Assembly: GCA_905331295.1 (NCBI GenBank)
Contig: CAJNYD010000281.1
Span: 1-64,000, forward strand
DNA length: 64,000 nt
From: Rotaria socialis
Lineage: Eukaryota
Reading direction: 5' to 3'
Below, in pieces: positions 14,560 to 25,759 of the stretch. A program made the position numbers and the translations under genes. The notes below the pieces were generated by a model. That model saw nothing but the letters and a program-made list of their open reading frames with translations, did no database searches and had not been told where the DNA came from. Position 1 is the stretch's first letter. Every line of letters begins with the position of its first letter.

Positions 14560-16696
14560 AACACAAGCAAGTTCTTTTTTGGACAACATTTTATATCATA
14601 TACTTTACACAGACAAAATTTTATAGCAGTTTGACCATTACAATGGTATGTCTGTGCCACTGAGTATTTATTCCTACTGTAACATATTCTTTACATGCTT
14701 GTGTAAATGTAATTGTCGGTAGATTTATTGAGTTAACAATACGGATATTAGCCAGATCATAGTTTCTTTAATCTGATAGCTCTTCAGTACCGAGTAATGT
14801 TGATAATACGTCTCTCAATTTAAACAACTTTTACGTCCTAATAACATTCGAGAATAATTGAATGGATAAAAATTTAGATATTAAAATTGGCGATATTATT
14901 TTTGGGACAGTCGACGTGATCGAGTTAAAGACTAATAAAATCTTTCGATTGATATTGCTCTTGGTATGTCATGGCATTTTTATGCAGTTTTTGACGTTTA
15001 GCCACTGATTTAGAATAGTTATTTTCTTCTTGTTCTCGAAATGCTTCATATCTATGATTATGAATATCTGTATCATTGTTCTCCATAAAAAAATCTGTAA
15101 AATAAATGAAAAATCAAATGGCATACATTTTTCAGTTTATAGTATACGGTACTCTACGACAAACCTTGAGTAGTAGTATTATCATTTAAGCCTGGATAAT
15201 TACTCGGAGAATTTATAGTTGCTGTTTGATGAGTTTCAGCAAGAGTATTATGAGTAGATGCGAAGTTATTGGCAACAGAAGCTAGTATTGATGTTTGAGG
15301 TTGTAGTGTCAGATGAAATGTTTGATTACGTTCATCGAAAGTATTTAACTGAGTGTTGCTGTTTTGAAGATCATTTAAATCATCATCTATTCCAGTATTA
15401 GATATATCGAAATGTGGTACTTAAAAAAATTGAATCTAAGATAAAACTTACACCCGTTGAGTTTGCGAATAAAATTATCCGGAAGGTTTTCTTCATCTTC
15501 TATACCAGATTGATTCATAACTTTCCATAATTCAAAATTTGATCTGAGTCCTTCCCTAAAAATAACTTCATAAGGTGTTTTCTTTGTGATTTTTGCAATA
15601 CTGGTATTAATTTCATAAACAATTGGGCCTAAACCTTGACAAAAATATTTTATGAAAAAAACGAAATTTAATGAAGATTAATCTATATTTACCTTTTGAC
15701 CAGTTATCTGTATGATTATGCTGCATCCATGTCCCTACAGCCATTTCCAAAGTATGATTATCATACTCAATCAAGATTCGCGTATGTGAATGAGGCGATC
15801 TACCATTTATAATTACTAAATCTGTCCAAGTCTTTCTCATTTCCTACAAGAGAAAAACGAATAATTTATTTCATTTAAAAACCTTTTTAAGAACATACTT
15901 TTATTAGTTGAGCAACAAACTCCTTTCCATTATCGCTTTGAAGTATGCAAGGAGGACCAAAGGTATAAAACTGATTTAATAGTTTTTCCGCCACGGACTC
16001 CGCTTCTTTAGATTCGAGTGGATATGCCCATAAGAACTTTGAAAAATGATCTTTAACACGTAAAATCCATTTAAATTTGCCATCTGGATTGTTACTCATA
16101 TCAATGACGCTCATCTGAATACGTGTTAAATAACCAATTGAAACGATTGATTTAACTGTTTATCAAAAGAGGAATCAAAATCAACATTAACAGTAGCGAG
16201 TATCACTTACTCACAGGAGATTTAGTGAAGTTTTGTCGATTGCAGCACAAATCACACAACTTAATGAAAATGGTAACGACATCGTATGGAATCCAAGAAT
16301 ATTTTGCTTTAACCTAAAATTAACATAATTTTCCTAGTAGAAAAATAAGATCACAAAATTACATACTTCTTTCCATGTTTTATCTCTACCATGATGGCCC
16401 ACAAGCGTATGACATTCATATAATTTTGTATAAAATTCTTCATATGTTACGACTGGACGACTATCTGTGCCGGTACTAAATACAATATTTTCATTACTGT
16501 TTTCAACAAGCGTGAAATGCTTCTGGACCCAATGCTTGAACTGTGGATCACCCCAACCATCACGCAACACCAAAATAATGTCTTTGTACATTTCTTTTTT
16601 AATGACATATTTAGCACGAAATTTTTGATGACGATTTTGAATGTGGAAATCGAGGTTTTTATAAAATATCTCCATGTGCAATCTCGAATCATACAA
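14560..16696 (-). pseudogene. Intron-containing DDE integrase-like transposase (Ginger2/KRBA2-SCAND3-like), degenerate
   Basis: HHCC zinc finger (ECHTLVGHHGRDKT...CDLC), core (KWILRVKDHFSKFLWAYPL, FGPPCILQSDNGKEF, IINGRSPHSH), Cys-rich C-terminus near 14570-14645. First catalytic Asp position reads QMSVID; the 3' exons look disrupted. Confidence 0.7.
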
Positions 16697-17899
16697 TCAA
16701 CGAATTTACTTTTATGAACAGAGATTTCATTAAAGACATTCTCCTGTTGTAGACTTATTCGCTTAATTCCTCTTTTCGTTTATCATTTCTCTTAAACATT
16801 ATAGATGTCGATATGATGGTGTTTCTTTCACATTCATTTTCATAAGAAGTCACAGAAATATCGATACATTTATTGTTGGTAGGAAAGTTTTGAATTCTCC
16901 TGTAGGTGAAATTAAAATTTCAAGCTCCCTAGAGGAGATCAAAATTGTATATTCCCCTAGGGGAATCTAAAATGGTTATCTAAACATTCATCGAAAATAA
17001 AAGTGTCAAAGAAAAATAATAGAAACTGTTAAAGCTTTCTGAATGTGATCCTGTTAAAAAAATAAAAGGATCAGGCTGCTAAGTCGGAATCAAATTTTTT
17101 CAATGAAAATGAAAAAAGACACGAAAGACTAGAAAACCTACTTCGAAATATTACTTCATCGTGTTTAAATGATGTTTCTTATTCGGAAGTATTGATTTGT
17201 CTATTCCTTCAATTATATAAATAATCCACAATAACATATGCAATAATTTGATTATTCATCCTCACTCTGATCCCACAGAAAGTTTCGTCATTTCTACTTC
17301 CGATGAGAGTTGAATGTACTGCTATAGTTTTAAGTTCACGCAAGGAGAGATTAAAATTTCAATCTCCTCTATAGGGGAATTTTAAATTCTCTTACCATGT
17401 CTATGAGCATACTTTTTCTTATAACACAACAAAACGACAAGAAAGCAAAACTGCGTCACGCAACATAAAGAAAAAAAAACAGACACGAAAAACATTTATT
17501 CACTGTCGTCTCTCAACGTCGTGTCTATGTATGATCACGCTTGATTGGTCAAGGATGATACTTAGTGGGGAAAAACAGGTAGCTTCATTCAATATAAATA
17601 CTGAAGGTAACTTAATAGTAAAGTAAATCGAGACGAATTAAATATAGTTCAGTACTTCTTCTGATCGTGAATACGTCCAATTATCCACATATGGACAAAA
17701 TCAGGTAGAACAGAGTATATATCACTCTCTTTTGACTTCGATTTAATACTAGGATATTCCTTTTGTATAAAATTTTTGCGATAGATATATGGAAAAATAT
17801 TGGTGCTTTCAACTGACATTCAATTAAAAGTAATCAATTGACTAATGAAGAATTCTGTTCATTCGAACATTTGGACTAGCATAGGGGATGAGTGTAACA

Positions 17900-18340
17900 T
17901 GCTAAGATCCAGATTTCGTCCTTGCTTAAGGGACTGATCGGTTGGCTTTAACTCTATGGTAATCATCTTGAATGATCACATAAAAGGATCATAGATAAAT
18001 TACCATAACCTATACAGACTTAAGTAACGATTCTCAGAGAGATATCGTATTGCTCATGGTCGATAGGTATCCATATAAAGGAATAAATTTATTAAACACA
18101 AGATTATAGATCGAAAGCATCGTATAACGCGTTTCGACCTTGCTGAGGGATCCTCATCTAGCATGTTTACAATATATTATTACATATAAATTCAGAACTC
18201 TCCAATAGATAGTAGAAGTTAAGAACGAAATCGTACTATGATCTCGTATCCATAGGTAAATTTATCAAATGCATAATAATAGATGAAAGCATCACACGAG
18301 GCGTTTCGATCTTACTTAAGGGACTCATCAGGTATGTTCT
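17900..18340 (-). repeat. Decayed pLTR array with three degenerate hammerheads
   Basis: Hammerhead remnants at ~17905-17947, ~18121-18168 and ~18293-18337; the last reads CTGATGA-GTCCCTTAAGTAAGATC-GAAA-CGCC-TC. Confidence 0.7.
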
Positions 18341-20076
18341 TAATCCTTTTTTATATCGTAGTTAGGAGTGTCAAATTTTAGTTTTAAAAAATTATTAAAT
18401 CGAGAAATAAATTTTCAAAAATTAAATTGAAATTAAATTGAAATTCTGAAAATTTAACTTGATAGAATTTAATTTAAAGTTAAATTAACTTTTCCCGCAG
18501 TTACATCTGCGACATTGATGGTAATTGTCTGGTTACAAGTGATTTCTTTGTAAATTTTAGTAGATCTCATTGTAAGAGTGGTTTTGTCTATTTTAAGTTA
18601 GATTCAAATTTGAATGAATGTAAATATGAAACCGAGATAAACCTTTTTTGATAATAATTCAGAATTTAGTGCTAGTTTATGTGTAAAACAGATAAATCCA
18701 ATCATATCAGCTCGACTGTTCCTGAAAAATACATATGGTGATGTTTATATTTCATTGTAGAGGCATGGCCACTACCGGGGAAGATATTGAAGAAAAAAGT
18801 TGCATTGAAAACTATATATTTCTCTATTATGATTTTTCAAACATCATATTATTAGTGTTTGTTTTTCTCCTGTTAAGCATGTGCGCCTCGTGTGCTTATG
18901 CATTTCCTTGTAACTTTCGCCATCGCTATCAGATTGTTCCTTTTTGGAGTCGGTTACATTTTAGTTTGTTTTAATTCGAGTGAATCGACGTAATAAAAAT
19001 GTGTTTCATCAAAATAATCATTGAAAATATTCAATGATCTCATTTTTACAGTGTTTTGATTCACAAATTCTTTACAATTCTATTTTCTAGGAGAATTCCG
19101 AAATTGAAAATAAATTATTAGGAAGATAGCTTGTGTTCAGAGTTTTCAGAAATGAAAAAAATATTTACTCAGTCCTTTTTTTCCAAAAAAATTTGAATAT
19201 TTCTGTTGAAAAACAAGCTGTTTCTGGATAAAAGAAAAATTTTTATTTTGCTTATTCTCGATATGAGTTTTCTCAAACGCGGATCCAAAATTTCTTTGTA
19301 ATGGCTAGCGCTATGTACCAATATCTTTTTTTGTTGGAAAGAGAGCACCAAGGCACAGGGCGTCACGACGCCCTTTTTTTGGAAATATCCTTTTCTTTAG
19401 ACGATATAAACCAAATAATAAAATTTGATTATCATTTTTTTGATGAATTTTTCATAGTGAATAGGTAACACAGTAACGACTCAGCAACTAAATTGCCTAC
19501 GACACTCACAATTTGAACCCCACCTTCATGCCCTCATACCTCAATCCATGCCAGCTGGTACTTTCGTTCTGGTTCTTATACGTTCATATTTGTCGAAAAA
19601 GACCAGCTTGTCTGCCTCTATCGGTAGTCATTATCGATCAACACTGAAGAATATGTTCGTTTTCTGTGTATTTTTCTTTGAAATCCGTCTATTTAAACTT
19701 TTTATTTTCCGATGAATTTGGTCTAAAGGTCACTCCTTTACATATCAGTAGTTTACCTTCAACTAAACATTTTTCAATCCTTTTATGTTATAATCACGAC
19801 ACAACATCTGATAATTTATATTGATGTTAATAAATTCACTTGCTATAGAAGGATTTCTATTAAATGTTGAGACTTCAACTATGAGTTGATTGTCTGCGTT
19901 TCCTAGAAGATCGTTACGAATCTTCGATATTTGTTGATCTGTTTATGAAAATAAAACGAACAATGCGTTAGATATGATATCAGTTGCTTGGAAACACGTA
20001 CTCAGAAAAGCTACATGATTATTGTCTCATATCCACTTATTTTTCAGATTATATTTTCTTCTGCAAATTAGTCAAA

Positions 20077-20484
20077 ATGGGTCCCATTGAAGCGAAACTT
20101 ATTGATTGTGATCCTAAGCAAATTCGGTCAAAATTAAATTTAGATCTAATCGATGATGATCCAGAAATTGAAATCCAACATGGAAGTAACTGGTCAGTTA
20201 TTCGATTTAAGGGTGAGGTTAAATCAAATGATTTACATTTGTCGCTCAAAATAACGAAAGGAAAAACTCGCGGTGCTCATTTGACATGTGAAGCAATTGA
20301 ATTTTATTTGGCAAAACATCACATTAGCTTCATGCGTAGTTGGAAAGAAATTGAGCAGTGGTATGACGAGTGTTGTCGTAGCTTGAACTTAAAAAGGGAC
20401 AATAAATTTATTGATAAAGTGGAAATATGGCACCATCAGATGAAAAACTGTGTTAGTATTCATCCACAAGATACTGACCTTTGA
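20077..20484 (+). CDS. Hypothetical protein (~135 aa from ATG), unknown function
   Basis: Open frame with normal composition (MGPIEAKLIDCD...); ttttcag acceptor at ~20047. Confidence 0.5.
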   Translation: MGPIEAKLIDCDPKQIRSKLNLDLIDDDPEIEIQHGSNWSVIRFKGEVKSNDLHLSLKITKGKTRGAHLTCEAIEFYLAKHHISFMRSWKEIEQWYDECCRSLNLKRDNKFIDKVEIWHHQMKNCVSIHPQDTDL

Positions 20485-20568
20485 CCAAGAGCGTAAACAA
20501 AATTGACTCTCGTAATAAAAACATCTTTAAAAAAGTGTTATTTTTTTTTCTTATATGCAAGTGGTTTA

Positions 20569-20591
20569 TGAGGTGAAGGTGCGAGGGTGTG
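20569..20591 (+). repeat. Degenerate telomeric repeats at a pLTR junction
   Basis: TGAGGTGAAGGTGCGAGGGTGTG immediately before the pLTR. Confidence 0.65.
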
Positions 20592-21020
20592 TTCAATAAC
20601 CACAATAAATTTTCAAAAATTTTTCAATATTTATTTCGATTCTATCTATTTTAGAATCATTATCAAGTGTCAATAGATATTTATTCTGATCTTAAATAAA
20701 TAAAATAACAAAATTAAATACTATTCATAAATTTCCAAATTATTTTTGAAAATTTCTATACTCTAATCGAGTGTGTTGAATAACCACAATAAATTGTTAT
20801 TTTTCAAAATTTTTTGAATATTTATTTCAATTCTATATATAGCAGAATCATTATCAAGTGGCATATAGATATTTATCCAATTGATTACGAAAGTCAAAGA
20901 TAAATTTCTAATAAAAATTTCCAATTTAATATTGAATATTTCAATACTCTATAAGAGTGTGAATAATAACCACAAGAAATTGTTATTTTTCAAAATTTTC
21001 TCAATTTTTCCTTCGATTAA
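20592..21020 (-). repeat. pLTR array (2 full and 1 partial, ~185-bp period) with U3-A8 variant hammerheads at ~20599-20671 and ~20783-20862
   Basis: Repeated ataaccacaataaatt...ttatttc(g/a)attcta...agaatcattatcaagtg. Confidence 0.8.
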
Positions 21021-21105
21021 TTAACACTCAAGTCGCATTGAACTAACGCTCGAGTCGCTTGGCTCGGCCTTCGGCCTCGCTTAATCTTCAATCTTCCATC
21101 GTCAA

Positions 21106-21124
21106 GAGGGTGTGTGAGGGTGTG
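21106..21124 (+). repeat. Telomeric-type repeats at a truncation junction
   Basis: GAGGGTGTGTGAGGGTGTG between a truncated segment and the next pLTR. Confidence 0.8.
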
Positions 21125-21131
21125 AACAGCT

Positions 21132-21178
21132 ACCATGATCTATAGATTTCATTGGAACTACCCAAATCATCAGATGGC
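21132..21178 (-). ncRNA. Type I hammerhead ribozyme (pLTR family 2, copy 1)
   Basis: GCCAT-CTGATGA-TTTGG(GTAGTT)CCAAT-GAAA-TCTATAGA-TC-ATGGT; palindromic stem III. Confidence 0.8.
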
Positions 21179-21334
21179 AATTAATCTAAATAATTTTTAT
21201 TCAATTCAAATTAAATTAAACAAAATAAAAATCAAAAGATTAGTTCATATATCACTGACAAATATATAGAATTTTCAAAGAAAACTCAATATACATTTGT
21301 TGATAATTTCCTTTAAACAGCAGTGTGAACAGCT

Positions 21335-21381
21335 ACCATGATCTATAGATTTCATTGGAACTACCCAAATCATCAGATGGC
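21335..21381 (-). ncRNA. Type I hammerhead ribozyme (pLTR family 2, copy 2)
   Basis: Identical to 21132-21178; 203-bp period. Confidence 0.8.
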
Positions 21382-21441
21382 AATTAATCTAAATAATTTT
21401 TATTCAATTCAAATTAAATTAAATAAAATAAAGAGAAGCAT

Positions 21442-21486
21442 CCCACGACCGGTTTCGTCCTTGCTCAAGGGACTCATCAGGTGGTT
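21442..21486 (-). ncRNA. Type I hammerhead ribozyme (canonical, minimal stem III)
   Basis: CCAC-CTGATGA-GTCC(CTTGAGCAA)GGAC-GAAA-CCGG-TC-GTGG. Confidence 0.92.
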
Positions 21487-21595
21487 TACGACAACTAACT
21501 CGATTATAAAAATCAAATTAAATTATCTATCATACAAACGTTCAAGCAAAATTTTCAAAACGAAGTATAATAACTCAAAAAACTTGTGAACAGCT

Positions 21596-21640
21596 ACCAT
21601 AATCTAGATTTCATTGGAACTACCCATTTCATCAGATGGC
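21596..21640 (-). ncRNA. Type I hammerhead ribozyme (pLTR family 2, diverged copy 3)
   Basis: GCCAT-CTGATGA-AATGG(GTAGTT)CCAAT-GAAA-TCTAGA-TT-ATGGT. Confidence 0.7.
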
Positions 21641-21909
21641 TTATGAAAACTAAATGATTTTCAAATAAGAGTGTCAATTAGAAAACTGATCTATCTATCC
21701 TTGAACGAAAAGACAAAAGCCAATCTGCTACTCTCAACTCTTTCATTTTGTTAAAAAATTGAATCTTTCTCGAAATCAAAAAATTTCAATAAAAATTTAT
21801 TAAAAAACTAAATAAAGCATGACGAGACTCTATCTCTCTTAAAGGATGACAGTGGCTGGCTAGTAAGAAGAAAAGACCTAATCATTCCTCGAACAAGAAC
21901 CCTTAAGAA

Positions 21910-22051
21910 CTAACATTGAACTAAGTCTCGTCTCACTTTGAACTAAGTCTCGAGTGGCATTGAACTAACGCTAAAGTCGAATTGAACTAAGTCTCGAGTG
22001 GCTTGGCTCGGCCTTCGGCCTCGCTTAATCTTCAATCTTCCATCGTCAAGA
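21910..22051. repeat. Short ttgaactaa(g/c) tandem repeats ending in a GGCC-TTC-GGCC hairpin segment; second copy at ~21030-21107
   Basis: gcttggctcggccttcggcctcgcttaatcttcaatcttccatcgtcaaga present twice. Confidence 0.75.
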
Positions 22052-22570
22052 TGTTGATCCATCAGATGCTAGTGCATCCTTCATCCCCACACAGCTTGTG
22101 TTCGTGTCTATAATAAGAAATTTAAGGCAAAAAAAGACAGAAAGACAGACAGTCAAACAGTCAAACTGTCAAACTGTAGTAGAATACATGTTCAACCTCA
22201 ACAAATATCTACGTACCTACCCCAGCTACCTACACGAACTAACTAACTAACTAACTAACAAACTAACAAACTAACAACACAAATACACATCACAACACAT
22301 ATATCACAATGTGGGTGCTCGGAAAGACGTTTTCATTGAGAAAAATCTTCAAAATTTCTCTGAAACTTTGACTAAATTGACGAGTTCATCTTGAATAAGT
22401 TCTTCTTTCTTTTAATTTGAAGAAAATTTTGTTGAAAATCTAGTCGATGGAGATGAAAATGCTTGAAATACTGATCGATTATCTCGTCTATCTTACAACA
22501 ATACATCACATATCTCTCAATGTGGGTGCTTTGAATCAACAAAAGACAGTTTTTTCTTTAAAAATTTTCT

Positions 22571-22592
22571 TGAGGGTGAGGGTGAGGGTGAG
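22571..22592 (+). repeat. Telomeric repeats (TGAGGG)3.7 at the 3' end of the giant terminon
   Basis: TGAGGGTGAGGGTGAGGGTGAG directly followed by the pLTR. Confidence 0.88.
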
Positions 22593-22599
22593 ATAAATA

Positions 22600-22675
22600 A
22601 CCACGATAAAATTTTTAAAGATGTTATTTTGAATTTTATTTCGATTCTATTTAAAGGAATCGATTATCAAGTGGC
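22600..22675 (-). ncRNA. Variant hammerhead ribozyme (U3-A8 core) in the terminal pLTR; partial second pLTR copy at ~22775-22830
   Basis: GCCAC-TTGATAA-TC-GATTC(CTTTAAATA)GAATC-GAAA-TAAAATT...AATTTTA-TC-GTGGT. Confidence 0.68.
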
Positions 22676-22968
22676 ATAGATAATTTGTATGATTTTAAAT
22701 AAATAAGATCAAAACTAAATTATCCAAATGAAATAGAAATTTTAAACAATTTCTTTTCAAAATACTCTAATAAAGAGTGAGATAAATAACCACGATAAAA
22801 TTATTTTGATTTTTAAAGATGTTTCAATTTTTTATTTTTTATTTTTGAGAAAATGAATTTTTTTACATTCTTTTTTAACAGAAAACAGATAAGATAGATT
22901 TAGGTTTTGAAAGAAAACGAAGACGATGTGTAGTTCCGTGATATTGATAAGTGTTTGCTGATGAATAG

Positions 22969-24056
22969 TTATGGTTCATTTTTTGAGGCCATTTTCAGAA
23001 TTTGTTCAGCGCGTCGTTCGATGTTCTGTATTCTTGTTTGAATAATTTGTTTGATATTGGTTTCGTTTGTTTTTGTTGTGTTTGTTGCAAATTCTATGTT
23101 TTCGGTTATATGATCAGTTTGAATATCGTACGAAATGATATTATATTCAGATTTGATTTTAATGGTGTCCGTTTGATAGGATGGTTTTGTTTGTAGAGTT
23201 GATTGTGGTTTTTTTTCGAACGTAAAGTTTGATTGTAACCATGGTTTAAGGGTGAATGTAATCTTTCGTTTATTGTAACGGCTATGTTTGCGCCAAATCT
23301 GTTGAGCAAAACATTTCTAAAATGATAATTTTCAGGATTTATTATCGATGAAATATTTTGTATTCTTATACTTACTTGTTGTTCGTTTGGGTTCAAACTA
23401 TAAAATTGTTTGACCAGTTCAACTTCTCTTATATCGAATGGTAAAATCGACTTTTTGTTGTCGAAAAATTGTTTCGATTTCTTGAGATCATGGTCGATGA
23501 GTGTACTTATAGCAATATCCATCGTATCAACTGAGAAGTTGATAATATATTCCTTTGCTATTCCATAATAATGATTTTTTTCTTCTAAGTGCTTGTTCAA
23601 TCTATATTCTGCTTCTCGTATTTTATTATTGATCAGTTGTTGTCGATGTTGTAAATTTCGTTGACTTCGAGGATAATCCCAATTAATCGAATTATGTTTT
23701 GTTATATTTTTCGGCATCTCTGATAACCATTGTATAGCAGGTGTTACCATTTGAATAAGATGTTGCCAATAATCTTGTTCAATCTGTAATTGTGATAAAT
23801 GAAATTTCAAAATTGTATGCTCTCGTATAAAATTAAATAAAGCACGATTTGATAGCCAATGTCGAATTTTTTGATGATCACTTGGTATAGCATTCGATAA
23901 TTGACGAATGAATACATGTGCCGGTAATTTCCTATAATTTGGTAGATTTTTCGATGATGATACTTTCCATTTGTCTACAGTTAATTGATTCTTCTTTCTA
24001 ACAAGTCCATTATTTGTTTTAGCAGGTAAATTATGTTCGATCATTTTTAGTTCCAT
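22969..24056 (-). CDS. Terminon coiled-coil protein, 2 exons
   Basis: Exons 24056-23376 and 23316-22969; FYSLNPNEQQ| intron and C-terminal IQTRIQNIERR parallel the gene at 25760-27113. Confidence 0.7.
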
Positions 24057-24368
24057 TGATTTTGATTCTTGTTTATAATTTATTTCAAATTGAAAATAAT
24101 ATAAACGATAAGATTGTATTTTATATCGAAATGATTTATTTGTATATCTAAAATGGAGAATACATTGACTTTCTTTTTATTTTTATTTATAATGAAAATG
24201 AATTTAATTCTAATTTTTCTCTAATATTAACTTTCTACGTTTTTTTTTCTTTACAATACAATGCAAGATGTAAGAATGAATATAAGATAAACTACAACGA
24301 TTAACATTCTAAATAATAGTTTCAATTGTTTTTAAGACAATTACAATCATAAGAATTTTTGAAATGAA

Positions 24369-24982
24369 TCAAAATGCATTACGATAATTTTGATATGTTC
24401 TTTTATACAACTTTTCAAGTGTTTTTGTTCGATTTGTTTGTGGAATATAACGTCGTGGTCGATTTGTCATACGATCATGTACAAACACTTTGTCGAATGA
24501 TCTATTTTTGAATGCTTCGAATAGTTGCAGACCATGTTCACCGCTATGTACACATACTTCAGTAATATAATTCCAAAATGCCTGATGATCTCGTAGATAT
24601 TGAGAAATGAGTGTTGCTTCAAATGCTTTTGCTTTATCATAATTGATGGAATGAAAATCTTCACCAAGTAACCATAAAAGATTGGCTGATAATGATAATT
24701 TATACGGCCATTGATTTCTTCGTTCGGTGTTACATCTTTGACATTGACACTTATCATCGTCAATACTAGAATAAATAATAAAAAAAGTTGAAGAAGAAGA
24801 AGAAGAAGAAGAAGAAGAAGAAGAAGAAGGTGAATTAATTCAGTTAGTACAATCATTTTATTATACCTATATTTTAATTTTTGAAATGGATATCCAATTT
24901 CATTTCGTCGTTTTGAGAGCCCATTCGACGAGTCTTCTTTAATAAAACATGTATAATGTTTCACAAGAATAAGTTTAACCAT
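24369..24982 (-). CDS. Hypothetical ~170-aa protein with CxCxxC motif, 2 exons (not in the ORF track)
   Basis: Exons 24982-24867 and 24765-24369 in frame: MVKLILVKHYTC...KYS|IDDDKCQCQRCNTERRNQWPY...NYRNAF*; the intron contains a (CTT)n tract. Confidence 0.65.
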
Positions 24983-25759
24983 TTCAATAATTTCGAAATT
25001 GAAGTTGATAGAATGATCTATAGAATTGTTTGAATTTGTTACAGAATAATATCTAAAATAGAACATATCTTCATTTTTCATAATGAATACGTATACGTTT
25101 GTAGAATAAATTATGATTTAAGTAAAAGATTAATTTATAAAGTAAAAGTAAATGAAGGAAAAAAAAGTGATAGTAAATTATAGAATTAAAATAATAAAAA
25201 CATATTGAAATAGATGAATCTAAAATTGTATTTAATTCAAATACACAAAAAAAATTCATTGATTAAAAACAAATCCATGTATGATTTGAACATTCATTGC
25301 TTGAAATAGAAGAAGAAGTTGAAGAATAGAAATTCATACATTCAATTGACATAAGATATATTTGTATATGATCTATAGAAATTTGAAAGAAAAAAACAAA
25401 ACAACCCATGTTTGAAAATATTCAGAAAAAATAGTTTATAATTACTTGTATCATTTTTCAAAGAAATGTACGATGATAGTTCCATCTATCAAATTGTCAT
25501 TGTAAAGATACCAAAATAAGAAGATGTTCCATCAAAGAAATGATACTATGATCTAGAATGAACTAACAAATATCCTAATGTAGTCGTTAAGACGTAAATA
25601 ATAAATCAAGGCACAAATATATAGAAAAAGTGTCACACAAAATGAAAAATTAGTTTCAATAACAAATGGAAAACAAAAAAGAAGAAAAATTCAAAAATTC
25701 AAATGTCTATGATGTTGATGGTTCATTATATCTTCTATCCATTTTTGTTTTATTTTTCA

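Noticed and set aside
21338..21589. 83-aa plus-strand ORF
   Set aside because: Lies wholly within the pLTR/hammerhead repeats; likely a chance frame.
24467..25081. 204-aa ORF with a poly-Leu 'transmembrane' segment
   Set aside because: The poly-Leu comes from an intronic (CTT)n microsatellite; the spliced frame 24982-24369 is more coherent.
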